Assembly (NCBI GenBank): GCA_038064515.1 | Contig: JBBTSY010000005.1 | Coordinates: forward strand, 50,093-114,092 | DNA length: 64,000 bases | Direction of reading: 5' to 3' | DNA from: Patescibacteria group bacterium | GTDB taxonomy: Bacteria; Patescibacteriota; Minisyncoccia; 2-02-FULL-40-12; GWA2-44-9 | Part shown: piece by piece, positions 39,773 through 51,473 of the stretch | Layout of the letters: every line of letters begins with the position of its first letter | How positions within the stretch are numbered: position 1 is the stretch's first letter | Made by a program: the position numbers and the translations under genes | Notes under the pieces: model-generated | Told to the model about the DNA's origin: nothing | Databases searched by the model: none | The model's input: only the letters and a program-made list of their open reading frames with translations

Positions 39773-40090
39773 AGTGTTTGTGTATTATATAAGGATATCT
39801 ATCACCTCGGACAGAAGATTCCCAAGCGAGATAAATTCGGTATCTATCGCAAAGTTGAAGATGCCACGCTTGATCTTCTCACGACTCTCATAACAGCTAC
39901 GTTCGAGTCGCGAGACCGCAAACACACTATTCTAGTCTCTGCGCGCATCAATGTGGAAGTATTAAAGTGGCTGGTGCGAATGATATACGAAATCAAAACA
40001 ATTCATTTGAGCCGATATATCGCTCTCGAATCTCAACTTCAGGAAATCTCTAAAATGACAAACGGCTGGATCAAATACCTCCAGCCGTAG
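39725..40090 (+). CDS. Avd-like accessory protein (four-helix-bundle / former '23S rRNA-intervening-sequence protein' family)
   Basis: The family is identified from the motifs YKDIYHLGQKIPKRDKFGIYRKVEDATLDLLTTLITA and RINVEVLKWLVRMIYEI. It is 121 aa long. It is encoded on the strand opposite to the RT and target, and its 5' end overlaps the RT start by ~48 nt. Confidence 0.65.
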   Translation: MSLIKPPPKDSVPLIHSVCVLYKDIYHLGQKIPKRDKFGIYRKVEDATLDLLTTLITATFESRDRKHTILVSARINVEVLKWLVRMIYEIKTIHLSRYIALESQLQEISKMTNGWIKYLQP

Positions 40091-40099
40091 TCATCGAAA

Positions 40100-40224
40100 C
40101 TTCTCACGAGCGCGGATGTTGTCGTTGCAGTTCTCGACACTGTTCCAGTTCACGTTGAGCTTGTCGTTGTCGCTGTTCCAGTTCACGTTCGGGACGTTGC
40201 CGTCCGAGTTCCGCGATCTTTTGC
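40100..40224 (-). repeat. DGR template repeat (TR)
   Basis: A non-coding copy of VR that is Asn-codon (AAC)-rich on the minus strand. It is identical to VR except at ~26 positions, all of which are A on the TR coding strand. Confidence 0.9.
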
Positions 40225-40465
40225 CTGATTCCGTCCATTCACCGGAAACCTTTTTCAGAGTTTCCTGTGTTACCGACTCGTATCGGAAGTTTTCCGAGGC
40301 ATACCTCGTGAGAACCAGACAAGCAGTTTCGGTATATATGGCAAACCGCTATCCCATAGGACCGGTTGTAATAGCCATTCGTAAGTATAAAACAAAAACG
40401 AAGGCCCCAACAGACTGAAAGTCCGCCGGGGCCAGGGAAAGGGAACAAGGGTGAAGGGAGAAGTG

Positions 40466-41227
40466 TTAGGCGGCCTGCTTCGCATCCGCCACCGAAACCA
40501 CCTCACGAGCGCGGATGTAGTCGCTGCAGCGCTCGACACCGCTCCAGCGCACGCGGAGCCTGCCGTGGGCGCTGTCCCAGTCCACGCCCGGGACGCTGCC
40601 GTCCGAGTGCCGCGATCCGGAGCAAAGCGTGTAGTTCTTGATGTCCAGATGGCCGCTCGTCTTGTAGTGGAACCACAGTTCCAGAAGCAGGCGCTCCAAG
40701 AGAGTCATCGTCGTGATGTCCCGCTCGGCGATCTTCTTGGCCGAGAGGTTCTTGAGCTCCTCGTCAGCTTCGACGCGAGGACGGCACCAGATGATGTACG
40801 GAGCATCTTTGACGGTTCGCTCGTCCTTGTCCTTGGGGACGGCCTTGTCCAGGGACTGGTCGGTGTACTTCCATCCACGCAAGCGCTCGACGCACTTGTC
40901 GAATGCCTGCTGGACGGAGATACCGGGAATCACCGCGACGCCCCAGCCGAAGCTGGAACGCACGGGAGGAAGTGAAACATGCGACAAGTCCACGACTACC
41001 CCGAAGACATCCGTGTAGAACTTCGTCCAGTCCGCCAAGAACGCGGCCGTGTCCAGGCCCGAGGCGTAGGTAACGCCGCCGTTGGCCCAGCCGTCATGGC
41101 TGATCTGCTGGGCTTTGTCCACCAGTATGAGCTCGCCGGACATGAAGCGCTTGGCGCGCTCCTGGCCGCCGATCTTGTTCCCAAGGTCCATGACCTGCTT
41201 GAGGGTCAGTCCATCAAAGTCGCTCAT
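40466..41227 (-). CDS. DGR target protein, C-terminal C-type-lectin/FGE-like variable domain
   Basis: 253 aa. The C-terminal LCSGSRHSDGSVPGVDWDSAHGRLRVRWSGVERCSDYIRAREV is encoded by VR. An AAGGAG SD lies 7 nt before the ATG. The gene is GC-rich relative to the rest of the window. Confidence 0.8.
   Translation of the reverse strand: MSDFDGLTLKQVMDLGNKIGGQERAKRFMSGELILVDKAQQISHDGWANGGVTYASGLDTAAFLADWTKFYTDVFGVVVDLSHVSLPPVRSSFGWGVAVIPGISVQQAFDKCVERLRGWKYTDQSLDKAVPKDKDERTVKDAPYIIWCRPRVEADEELKNLSAKKIAERDITTMTLLERLLLELWFHYKTSGHLDIKNYTLCSGSRHSDGSVPGVDWDSAHGRLRVRWSGVERCSDYIRAREVVSVADAKQAA
40499..40623 (-). repeat. DGR variable repeat (VR) at 3' end of target gene
   Basis: A ~125-bp copy of TR with substitutions only at TR-adenine positions. 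It lies within the last ~45 codons of ORF 40466..41227. A GC-rich inverted repeat (ggcggatgcgaagcaggccgcc) lies just 3' of it, an IMH/hairpin-like element. Confidence 0.9.
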
Positions 41228-41332
41228 CGCATACTCCTTCCCGCACTACGCAGGAGAGTTTTGGCCGCACTACGCGGCAGTTAAGGAACTCTGGCAGAAT
41301 TGCCAGTACGAGTAAATTGTACTCTTTCCTAC

Positions 41333-43348
<2,016 letters not shown>

Positions 43349-43477
43349 CTAAGCATATCTCTGCACCGATGTTTATGGAATATACGTGGCATACCATAGT
43401 TTTAAATAATGGACCCGCTAGGGCTACTTCTAACGGGATTCATCGAGGTTTCATAAATACCCCTACATTATACCATT

Positions 43478-43909
43478 TTACTGGCCGATTTCAAGAGCGC
43501 GACTCACCCCATTGAAGGTGCCAAGTGCTCGAAACTTAAACGTCGTGGAACTCAACGGCCGACAGTCAGCGCTAACATCGACCGGGCTCGCTGAAAGACT
43601 TGCGATGGTAAATGTGGCTCCATTAATCAAAATCGGCCGCGCAATAGCACTAGCAGGCTGATTGCGCGCTTCGTACAGGCATACCTCCGTTGCGGAATCT
43701 GCGGCATAGATAGCGCGGGTAGAATTGCCAGCTTCCGCAATTGATCTCACCTTCGGAATAAAAACACTGGCTAAGGTTAGTGTAATAGCAAGAATACTTG
43801 CGAGGAGGAGGAGAGAAAAGATGATGATGGAACCTTGTTGGGAGTTCTTCATATCAATTACTAAATTCAATGGCATTATCGCGCGATATGACGGTTGTTT
43901 CGAGATCAA
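43478..43909 (-). CDS. Hypothetical membrane protein (possible minor pilin) in the pilus cluster
   Basis: A hydrophobic N-terminal helix. No clean prepilin motif. Confidence 0.35.
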   Translation of the reverse strand: MISKQPSYRAIMPLNLVIDMKNSQQGSIIIFSLLLLASILAITLTLASVFIPKVRSIAEAGNSTRAIYAADSATEVCLYEARNQPASAIARPILINGATFTIASLSASPVDVSADCRPLSSTTFKFRALGTFNGVSRALEIGQ

Positions 43910-44417
43910 ATACCAGCGTATCCTCGGGACGAGTTGCCCGACTACTCGCTTGCATGATAATCCCCACCCGAGCCTGCTTTTGATCTCCCACGGTAGCAGT
44001 CACGGTCGTGCCAAGGACACAGAAATTAAGACGGCTAAAATTAACATCCGCGGAGGTGATAGTCGTAACCGTTCCTCCGGCTTGGCGCTGGATCAGTCCG
44101 CCGGACGTCGAATAAATCACCGTGCCGTTCACGGGGTGTACGATAGTGAGCGTTGTACGATCGCAAAGAGGAGCATCCTGATTGTCAATCTTGCTCACCC
44201 GGATTTCGCGTGCCATAAGCTCGAGGGCAAACAATGTATTCTCCTGGACTTTTTGCGCTCCCGCGCCGCGACGCTGAAGGGCAAGAATCTGGGTGAAAAT
44301 ACCGCCGATGGCAATTACGATCATCGAGAACACAAATACTGATATCAGAACCTCAATGAGGCTGAACCCGTGTTGATCATTCTTTAATTTATGGCTATTA
44401 AATAGTCTCATTTCCAA
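43854..44417 (-). CDS. Prepilin-type N-terminal domain protein (minor pilin/pseudopilin)
   Basis: GFSLIEVLISVFVFSMIVIA is a class III signal with Glu at +5. Confidence 0.65.
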   Translation of the reverse strand: MEMRLFNSHKLKNDQHGFSLIEVLISVFVFSMIVIAIGGIFTQILALQRRGAGAQKVQENTLFALELMAREIRVSKIDNQDAPLCDRTTLTIVHPVNGTVIYSTSGGLIQRQAGGTVTTITSADVNFSRLNFCVLGTTVTATVGDQKQARVGIIMQASSRATRPEDTLVFDLETTVISRDNAIEFSN

Positions 44418-44959
44418 TCAAATAAATGCGATTCCACTTTAAAACTCCGGCTTCTATTTCTTTCTGTCCATAGAATTTCCGAAGTTATCATTAGTTCAAC
44501 GCTGGATATTTTCTGAATACTCACTTTTCTTTTATAAATGGTTTGAACTGAAGAGCTTCCCGGGTTGATGCGGTATTTCCCTTGTATTCCGCGATAAAGA
44601 AAACGGTCTTGATAGATAGAAAATGGTGGAATTGAATCCCATTGCAGTTCATAGTCGCCGTCGGCAAGATCGGTATCAAAAGCAGAACCGACGAACCAAT
44701 TTGAATCACGAGTCGCCCGTATCACCTCAATTCCCTCCTGGGCCAATCCCGCCGCAATAACATTATTTCTTATGGAATAGGCGATACCTACCGATGAGGT
44801 TGAAAGCGCATACGCCGGCACGATGGCGACGGAAAGTATCGTCAGCGCAACTAGCGCTTCAACAAGCGTAAACCCGTTAGAGTCGAAGCACATATTTTTG
44901 TGAGCTCGATTTTGGCGAATAAATCCTCGGTTATTGCATTGGTTATTCATTATGGGCAC
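44408..44959 (-). CDS. Prepilin-type N-terminal domain protein (minor pilin)
   Basis: GFTLVEALVALTILSVAIV. Confidence 0.65.
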   Translation of the reverse strand: MPIMNNQCNNRGFIRQNRAHKNMCFDSNGFTLVEALVALTILSVAIVPAYALSTSSVGIAYSIRNNVIAAGLAQEGIEVIRATRDSNWFVGSAFDTDLADGDYELQWDSIPPFSIYQDRFLYRGIQGKYRINPGSSSVQTIYKRKVSIQKISSVELMITSEILWTERNRSRSFKVESHLFDWK

Positions 44960-45501
44960 GTAGCGCCTGTTGCCGTATCAATCCGGCTCGAGGGATAAAC
45001 ACAAATAATTCGGCAGCTTCCCGGGCTGGTGGCGCAATCGGCGCCGGTACGACGAATAACGATCTGGACTGGCGGCGTACTTAACCCGGCAATATTATTG
45101 ATAAAGGTCGCCGGATCGGGCGGCTCAAAAAAAATATCGGAAAATGAACTGCGAAATTCCACGCCTTGATCGCGAATGGTGACAGTACGAGCTATGGTAT
45201 CAGTCACTTCGTAATTTCGATTATAGGTCGAGCAGGCATTTGACGCAGTAGGACTCGTGTATATCTTAAATGTGGTAGCGTTAACATAGGACACGCCGTA
45301 CCCGCACCGTAAGGTACTATTGTATGTCGCTGAAGTTATTGCTTTGGTCTGCGTATCGCGGATATCCGCTACCACGAGATTCATCGTATGATCAAGGTTA
45401 AGTTTTGTTTCAGAGAAATTGACCATCAAAAAGCCGGTGATAACGATGGTAATTGAGGCCACCACCAATACTTCGATGAGCGTAAACCCGCTATTTCGCA
45501 T
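44950..45501 (-). CDS. Prepilin-type N-terminal domain protein (minor pilin)
   Basis: MRNSGFTLIEVLVVASITIVI. Confidence 0.65.
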   Translation of the reverse strand: MRNSGFTLIEVLVVASITIVITGFLMVNFSETKLNLDHTMNLVVADIRDTQTKAITSATYNSTLRCGYGVSYVNATTFKIYTSPTASNACSTYNRNYEVTDTIARTVTIRDQGVEFRSSFSDIFFEPPDPATFINNIAGLSTPPVQIVIRRTGADCATSPGSCRIICVYPSSRIDTATGATCP

Positions 45502-45894
45502 TTAGAAAATTTTAACCGTTATGACATCCCCGGAGCGCAAAGGAATAGAATGAATTTTATGGCCATCGATAAGGTTTGAGTTTATAAAAAACCGAATAGT
45601 GTCTCCTGCATCGTGGCCATCAAGTTGCGTAATGATGGTTGCATCACGAACCTCATCAATACTAAATGAAAGCGGAATATTGCCGGCGCGCGCTGAAGCG
45701 TTGAGCGCATCGAGAACAACCATGTCCTCGACAACCTCACCCTGGAAAATCCGTTCTTGATCAGATGATAGAATAATAAGTTGAGCTTCGGCGGATTGGG
45801 ATCTGCTCGTAAGGAACATCGTAGCCATCAAAGCAACAACAACGATGACTTGCATCGGGGTATTAGAAGTACCAGCGAAATGTTTGGATTTCAT
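45502..45894 (-). CDS. Hypothetical secreted protein in the pilus cluster
   Basis: Signal-like N-terminus. Confidence 0.35.
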   Translation of the reverse strand: MKSKHFAGTSNTPMQVIVVVALMATMFLTSRSQSAEAQLIILSSDQERIFQGEVVEDMVVLDALNASARAGNIPLSFSIDEVRDATIITQLDGHDAGDTIRFFINSNLIDGHKIHSIPLRSGDVITVKIF

Positions 45895-46612
45895 TGAAAA
45901 AAATAATATAGACGACGGATACGCCTGCCAGGAATGACCCGAACGGCAGAGCGGACTTTCCCGTAGCTTTGCCTGCCGCTATGAACGCGATGCCGGTAGC
46001 GGCCGCCAGCCAAATGGAAGCGATGGCTGTTAAAACTCCGAACGGATAGCCAAACGCCACGCCAACAAGAAACATGAGCTTAACATCTCCGAAACCGACC
46101 CATCGACCTCGCGAAACTACATATAGTATAGCAAACAGCGCGCTAAGCAGTAAACCGGTTGCCAGTGAAGAAGGCAGAAGACTTTTATTCAAAAAAACTA
46201 AATAACCCACGGTGATGACGGACATGATCGCGATAATAACATCGGGTAAAATAAGATGGATCAGATCAAATAATAGCAACGCGAGAAAGCCGATAACAAG
46301 CATTGCAAACCACAGTGTATGAGGCGAAAGATCAAAACCATATTGGAAAAAGAACGCTACCAGAATTCCAGCGGCCACAAGCTCTACGATCGGGTACTGC
46401 CAGGAAATCTTAGCGCCACATGATCGGCATCGGCCACGTAAAACAATAAAGCTTAAAAGCGGCACCAGGTCATACCAGGCCAATCGCGCATTGCATAATG
46501 GGCAGTGCGATCGCCCAAACAACATTCCGTCCTCTTTCCCCCAGCGCGAGATGACAACATTAAAAAAACTGCCTACGCATAATCCTAAGAGTGCCATAAG
46601 TGCATACAACAT
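45863..46612 (-). CDS. pilD: Prepilin peptidase (A24 family)
   Basis: The N-terminal CxxC...CxxC zinc knuckle (CPLCNARL...CRSCGAKI) and the polytopic membrane body fit the family. Confidence 0.8.
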   Translation of the reverse strand: MLYALMALLGLCVGSFFNVVISRWGKEDGMLFGRSHCPLCNARLAWYDLVPLLSFIVLRGRCRSCGAKISWQYPIVELVAAGILVAFFFQYGFDLSPHTLWFAMLVIGFLALLLFDLIHLILPDVIIAIMSVITVGYLVFLNKSLLPSSLATGLLLSALFAILYVVSRGRWVGFGDVKLMFLVGVAFGYPFGVLTAIASIWLAAATGIAFIAAGKATGKSALPFGSFLAGVSVVYIIFFNEIQTFRWYF

Positions 46613-46676
46613 GATTTCAGTATACCAATAAACACAACGAAAAGGAGGCCCGCTCGGGCCTCCTTTATATTCAGAG

Positions 46677-47315
46677 TTATTTCTGGCCTACATCGTATAC
46701 GCAGTCCGTTTCCGTAGAAACGTAGGGACTGCAATTTGCGAGAACTTCAGCGACACTAAGATTTTCGACATCACCCGTCGGGGTCGCCCATGCCGATGAG
46801 TCAATATCAGCATCAGCGGCAAGACCCGAAGCATTAAAGTTTTCTAACTGAACCCAGATATGAAACTTGGTAGGATTTGTTGCTAGGGTGCCGCCACCGG
46901 AGCCGTAAGGATACGGAGCTTGCGTAACGGGGTCTAGCGGCAGTGCGTTGGTGCTTAGATAGGTGGTAAGCTGGGCAATATCAAGGCGCCCGCCCACGCC
47001 GTGCGAATTATTTGGCGCCGCTACAGACGCCTGGGGATATTTACCGCCGTTATCATCATAGTAAAGCTCCACCGCCGTGCGGAGTTGAGCCACATCTGAA
47101 ATACGCTTTGCATCTCGGGCTTTAGCACGGGCTGTCCCAAGCTGTACAAGTACTAAAGTTGCCAAGACGCCAATGATCGCGATAACAACCAAAAGTTCGA
47201 CCAAGGTAAAACCCTGCGAGAGGCTGAACGTCTTTCTACGGGGAAATGTTGCAGTAAACACTGTACGCAATAGTTGGCATAGAGAGTAGAACAATACGAT
47301 TGTGTCCACCCACAA
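46677..47315 (-). CDS. pilA: Type IV major pilin
   Basis: [42 protein letters not shown]. The leader as called is unusually long, so the true start is uncertain. Confidence 0.75.
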   Translation of the reverse strand: MWVDTIVLFYSLCQLLRTVFTATFPRRKTFSLSQGFTLVELLVVIAIIGVLATLVLVQLGTARAKARDAKRISDVAQLRTAVELYYDDNGGKYPQASVAAPNNSHGVGGRLDIAQLTTYLSTNALPLDPVTQAPYPYGSGGGTLATNPTKFHIWVQLENFNASGLAADADIDSSAWATPTGDVENLSVAEVLANCSPYVSTETDCVYDVGQK

Positions 47316-47393
47316 CGCTCCTACTTAATTAATGTATCTTCATTATAGAACTCCCTGATGAATGTACAACAAAAGATATCAACAATATCAAGC

Positions 47394-48602
47394 CTACACC
47401 GCGCCTACAAGACTGTAGATCGGCAAGAGGATGCTTGAAACAAGGATCGCCACACCGATACCGAGCACGAATACCAGCACCGGCTCGATGAGTTGAGAGA
47501 TATTCTGGATATCGTTCTCCGATTCCGTCCGGAAAAATTTGGACACATGGCCAAGCATGTACTCGACCTTGCCGGTCTTCTCCCCGATCGCCACCATAGA
47601 GGTCATCAGCGCCGGAATTTCCTTATATTTACCGAAAACTTCCGATATGGAGCCACCGCCGCGAACATTTTCTTCGGCGTCGAGGAGAATACCCTGGAAG
47701 TTCCGATTGCCAACAAGGTCCGAAGTAATTTTAATCGCATCGAGAATTGAAATATCGGCCTTAACCAGAGTGGCAAGACTTTCTGCAATTCGGGCCAGGT
47801 AAAGATTCCGAAAGATTTTGCCAAACAACGGCACTGCTAGCTTAAGACCATCAAACCAAATCTTTCCTTTCTCCGTGGAAAGATAGCGCCAAAAGAAGAA
47901 AATAGACCCGATAACAAACACCATAATCAGCATCAGGTGGGCATTTACAAAATTAGTGACGGCGATCAGGATCCTTGTGGTAATCGGCAATTGACTCACG
48001 CCCGCTTCCTTAAAGATGGAGAGCAGTTGAGGCAAGACATACACCACCATGATAAGCGACACGACAATCATGGCGAAGATTACGAAGCCCGGATACGTCA
48101 ATGCGCCCCTGATCTTTGAATTGATCGCTTGTGTTCTTTCCAGGTAATCAGCTAGATAGGCCAATGAATCCTGGAGTTTACCTGACGCTTCGCCCGAACG
48201 CACCAGTTTGATATAAAAGGGCGAGAAAAGCTTCGGATATTGGGCCAAGGCCGCGGATAGCGAAGATCCCCCTTCTACTTCATCGGCTACATTGCCTATG
48301 ATTTTCGAAAAAGACGCCTTCTCAATCTGTTTTGCGAGTGTCCGCAGACCTTCGGCAAGAGGCATGTCCGCTTCGATCAATGTCGAAAGTTGGCGCGTAA
48401 ATGCTACGATATCTTTTACGTTGGGCCGATCGAAAATCCGGTTGAGATCGGCGGAAAAAATACCTTTTTTTGTCGATTTGAGAGAAAGCACGACATATCC
48501 TTTGCCGTGGAGCAGATCGACAGCAATATTCTCGCTCGGAGCTTCGATGGCTCCCTCAAAGAATTGGCCAGCCTGATCTTTTGCTTGGTATGTAAATTCC
48601 AT
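47394..48602 (-). CDS. pilC: Type IV pilus platform protein (GspF family)
   Basis: 402 aa with two GspF-like repeats and three TM segments. Confidence 0.8.
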   Translation of the reverse strand: MEFTYQAKDQAGQFFEGAIEAPSENIAVDLLHGKGYVVLSLKSTKKGIFSADLNRIFDRPNVKDIVAFTRQLSTLIEADMPLAEGLRTLAKQIEKASFSKIIGNVADEVEGGSSLSAALAQYPKLFSPFYIKLVRSGEASGKLQDSLAYLADYLERTQAINSKIRGALTYPGFVIFAMIVVSLIMVVYVLPQLLSIFKEAGVSQLPITTRILIAVTNFVNAHLMLIMVFVIGSIFFFWRYLSTEKGKIWFDGLKLAVPLFGKIFRNLYLARIAESLATLVKADISILDAIKITSDLVGNRNFQGILLDAEENVRGGGSISEVFGKYKEIPALMTSMVAIGEKTGKVEYMLGHVSKFFRTESENDIQNISQLIEPVLVFVLGIGVAILVSSILLPIYSLVGAV

Positions 48603-48604
48603 GG

Positions 48605-49720
48605 TTATTTGAGCAGTGATTTAAGCGCATCGGGGCTTTGGGAATAGAACTCGGCCCGATCAAGAGAAATTTCATTTTTGCGAACCAATTCAGCAAGGGA
48701 TCGATCAAGAGAAATCATACCCATATCATAGCCGGTTTCGATGGTTAAATCCAACTGCTTCAATCGGTTGTCGCGAATATGGGTCCGCACTGCTGTGGTA
48801 GCGATCATTACTTCCACCGCGGGGATGAGGCCGCCGCGGATCCTGGGAATAAGGCGCTGTGAGACGATGCCTGAAATAGTATTCGCCAATTGACTGCGAA
48901 TTTGGGACTGCTGGGCCGCGGGAAAGCCGTCAATAATGCGTTCGATCGTCTGCGATGCGCTATTCGTGTGGAGCGACGCAAAAACCAGGTGGCCGGTTTC
49001 CGCCGCTGTTACCGCCGCGCTGATCGTTTCATAATCGCGTAGTTCCCCCACCATCATCACGTTGATATCTTGGCGGAAGCTTACGCGCAAAGCTTTGCTA
49101 AATGAGTGCGTATCATGATTCACTTCACGCTGATCGATGATGCTTTTTTCGGATTTGAAAATATATTCAATAGGATCTTCGATAGTAACGATTTTTTCGG
49201 TTCGTTCTTTATTAATGAGGTTGATGAGCGCGGCCAAGGTCGTTGATTTGCCATGTCCCACCGGCCCTACTACGAGTACGAATCCTTGTGAAAGCTTCGT
49301 AAACACTTTGATAATCTGAGGAAGATTGAGCTCTTCGATAGTCCGAATTTCATCAGGAATAAACCGAAGCGCCGCTGCGATATTCCCCTTGGTGTAGTAG
49401 GCATTCACTCGAAAACGAGCCTTCTGCTCAAGCTCATATGAAAAATCGAGCTCTTTTTCGACCAAAAAAAGTTCTTTCCGCTCTCCCAGCATTGTAAACA
49501 CGAGTCCTTCAAGCGCCTCGCGATCAAGGATTTTTTTATTTGTAAGCGCTACCAGTCGGCTATCAACGCGAAGCGTTGGATAGTGACCGGGTGACAAGTG
49601 CAAATCTGATGCGCCCTGCTGCGCAGTCATAAGGAGCAATTCATTAAGATATTGTCGGTAATCTTCCATAGCGATATTAGGCGCTGTCGCCGGATTGGGC
49701 GACTTCCAGGAGCTCCTCAA
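48605..49720 (-). CDS. pilT: Type IV pilus retraction ATPase
   Basis: Walker A GPVGHGKSTTL, Asp box, Walker B and His box are present. At 371 aa it matches the PilT size class. Confidence 0.8.
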   Translation of the reverse strand: MRSSWKSPNPATAPNIAMEDYRQYLNELLLMTAQQGASDLHLSPGHYPTLRVDSRLVALTNKKILDREALEGLVFTMLGERKELFLVEKELDFSYELEQKARFRVNAYYTKGNIAAALRFIPDEIRTIEELNLPQIIKVFTKLSQGFVLVVGPVGHGKSTTLAALINLINKERTEKIVTIEDPIEYIFKSEKSIIDQREVNHDTHSFSKALRVSFRQDINVMMVGELRDYETISAAVTAAETGHLVFASLHTNSASQTIERIIDGFPAAQQSQIRSQLANTISGIVSQRLIPRIRGGLIPAVEVMIATTAVRTHIRDNRLKQLDLTIETGYDMGMISLDRSLAELVRKNEISLDRAEFYSQSPDALKSLLK

Positions 49721-51428
49721 GGGAAGCTACGCCTTTGAGGACTTTTAGAATTCCATCTTGAAACATAGTAATCATTCCTTGTTGTTTCGCTTCCTCGCGC
49801 ATTGCCGCCTCGGAGAGATTGCCTAAAATAATTTCTTCCAGCTTGGTGGTCATTTCCATCATTTCAAAGATAGCGATTCGGCCTTTAAAAGCTTTTCCGC
49901 CGCACTCTTTGCACCCGCTTTTCAGATTGGGCTTGAAAACCGCATAGCCGCTTGAAGAACTTATTTCCTTCTGATACTTCGCCGGCATGCTCATAATGGC
50001 GTCGTTGATGATTTTTTCTTCGCCGACATTCGCTTTTGTTTCAATTTTGCACGTACTGCACAAGCGGCGAAGCAACCGCTGGGCCGCGGCTACATTGAGC
50101 GTAGGAGGAATGAGGTATTTTTCTACACCCATATCGATCAAACGAGGGATAACGCCGAGTGAGTCATTAGTATGGAGCGTCGACAGCACGATATGGCCGG
50201 TCAACGCGGCCTGAATGGCCAAAGATGCCGTTTCTTTGTCGCGGATTTCACCAACCATAATGACGTCGGGGTCTTGCCGTAAGATGTGGCGCAGACCGCT
50301 CGCGAAGGTATAGCCGATTTCTTCATGAATCTGGGATTGGTTGATGCCATCGATGAAATATTCGATCGGGTCTTCCAGCGTCACGATATTAATCTCTTCG
50401 TTATTGATTCTTTTTAAAATGCCCGCGATTGTTGTTGATTTACCGGAACCAGTTGGACCGGTAATTAGAATGATACCGAACGGTTTAGCAATGGCCTTCT
50501 CGAGCAGTTCCGAGGATCTGCCTTCAACGCCCAGCGTCGCCAAGTCGACTTTATTGGCAAGCGGATCTAAAATACGCATCACGACCTTTTCGCCATGTTT
50601 TGTCGGGAACGTGGACACACGAAAGTCAATCTTACGTTTGCCCAGCATAATCGAAAAGCGGCCGTCCTGTGCCAAACGTGTCTCGTCAATCTTCAAATCA
50701 GAAAGAATTTTAATGCGAGTAACGACCGCGGAGTGAAGATTCTTCGGAAGCGTAAGTGAAGTGATAAGAATGCCATCAATGCGAAATCGAGTTCGCACGC
50801 GGTCATCAAACGGTTCGATATGAATATCAGACGCCCGGGATTCCACGGCGTGTTTGAGCGTCGCACTGACAATCTTAGTAACCGGCGATTCAGCGGTAAT
50901 CTCTTCGATTTTGGCATTTTCGTCAGTCTTTTCCGCGGCATCCTCTTCGGAAATAGATTCAAGCGCTTTACCTACTTCACCAGTCAGCGTGCGATAATGA
51001 CGCACCACTGAATCATAGCTTTGGTAGCCAATGACATATTTGTCCAACGTCAGCCCTTTATCGGAGGCGATAAACTTCAACGCTTCAAGCGCTTCAATAT
51101 TTTCAGGGTCGATAATGCCGATCTTGAGGATGTTCCCTTCTTTGGCGAACGGCACAATCCGATAAAAACTGGCGACATCTTCAGAAATTTCTTTAAGCGC
51201 TTCCTTGCTCAATTCTGCCTTATCCAAATCCACGGATGGCAATCCATAAAGCTGCACTTTTAATTGCAGAAGGTCTGCATCAGAAATGACATTTTTTTCG
51301 ACAAGAATTTGACCAAGATCTTTTCCTTCTTTCTGGACAAGCTTGGGCAACGCCTCAATATCCGCCGGCGTCAGTTTGCGGAGCTTAACCAGCTCGTTGA
51401 TAAGCAGTTTGGGTATTTTTATCGCCAT
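49677..51428 (-). CDS. pilB: Type IV pilus assembly ATPase (GspE family)
   Basis: The N-terminal GSPII_E_N-like domain and GPTGSGKSTT Walker A are present. Length is 583 aa. Confidence 0.85.
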   Translation of the reverse strand: MAIKIPKLLINELVKLRKLTPADIEALPKLVQKEGKDLGQILVEKNVISDADLLQLKVQLYGLPSVDLDKAELSKEALKEISEDVASFYRIVPFAKEGNILKIGIIDPENIEALEALKFIASDKGLTLDKYVIGYQSYDSVVRHYRTLTGEVGKALESISEEDAAEKTDENAKIEEITAESPVTKIVSATLKHAVESRASDIHIEPFDDRVRTRFRIDGILITSLTLPKNLHSAVVTRIKILSDLKIDETRLAQDGRFSIMLGKRKIDFRVSTFPTKHGEKVVMRILDPLANKVDLATLGVEGRSSELLEKAIAKPFGIILITGPTGSGKSTTIAGILKRINNEEINIVTLEDPIEYFIDGINQSQIHEEIGYTFASGLRHILRQDPDVIMVGEIRDKETASLAIQAALTGHIVLSTLHTNDSLGVIPRLIDMGVEKYLIPPTLNVAAAQRLLRRLCSTCKIETKANVGEEKIINDAIMSMPAKYQKEISSSSGYAVFKPNLKSGCKECGGKAFKGRIAIFEMMEMTTKLEEIILGNLSEAAMREEAKQQGMITMFQDGILKVLKGVASLEELLEVAQSGDSA

Positions 51429-51473
51429 AATGAAAAAAGCGCCGCTCCCTCCTCCCGTAAGCGATACGCTAAG

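Noticed and set aside
40116-40418. Plus-strand 100-aa ORF (MLSLQFSTLFQFT...)
   Set aside because: It coincides with the DGR template repeat read on the wrong strand. It has repetitive SLSL/FQFT composition and no independent support.
40451-41315. Plus-strand ORFs 40451..40975, 40713..41018, 40979..41284, 41082..41315 and minus 40996..41184
   Set aside because: These are antisense or alternate-frame artefacts of the GC-rich DGR target gene. High GC suppresses stop codons in all frames.
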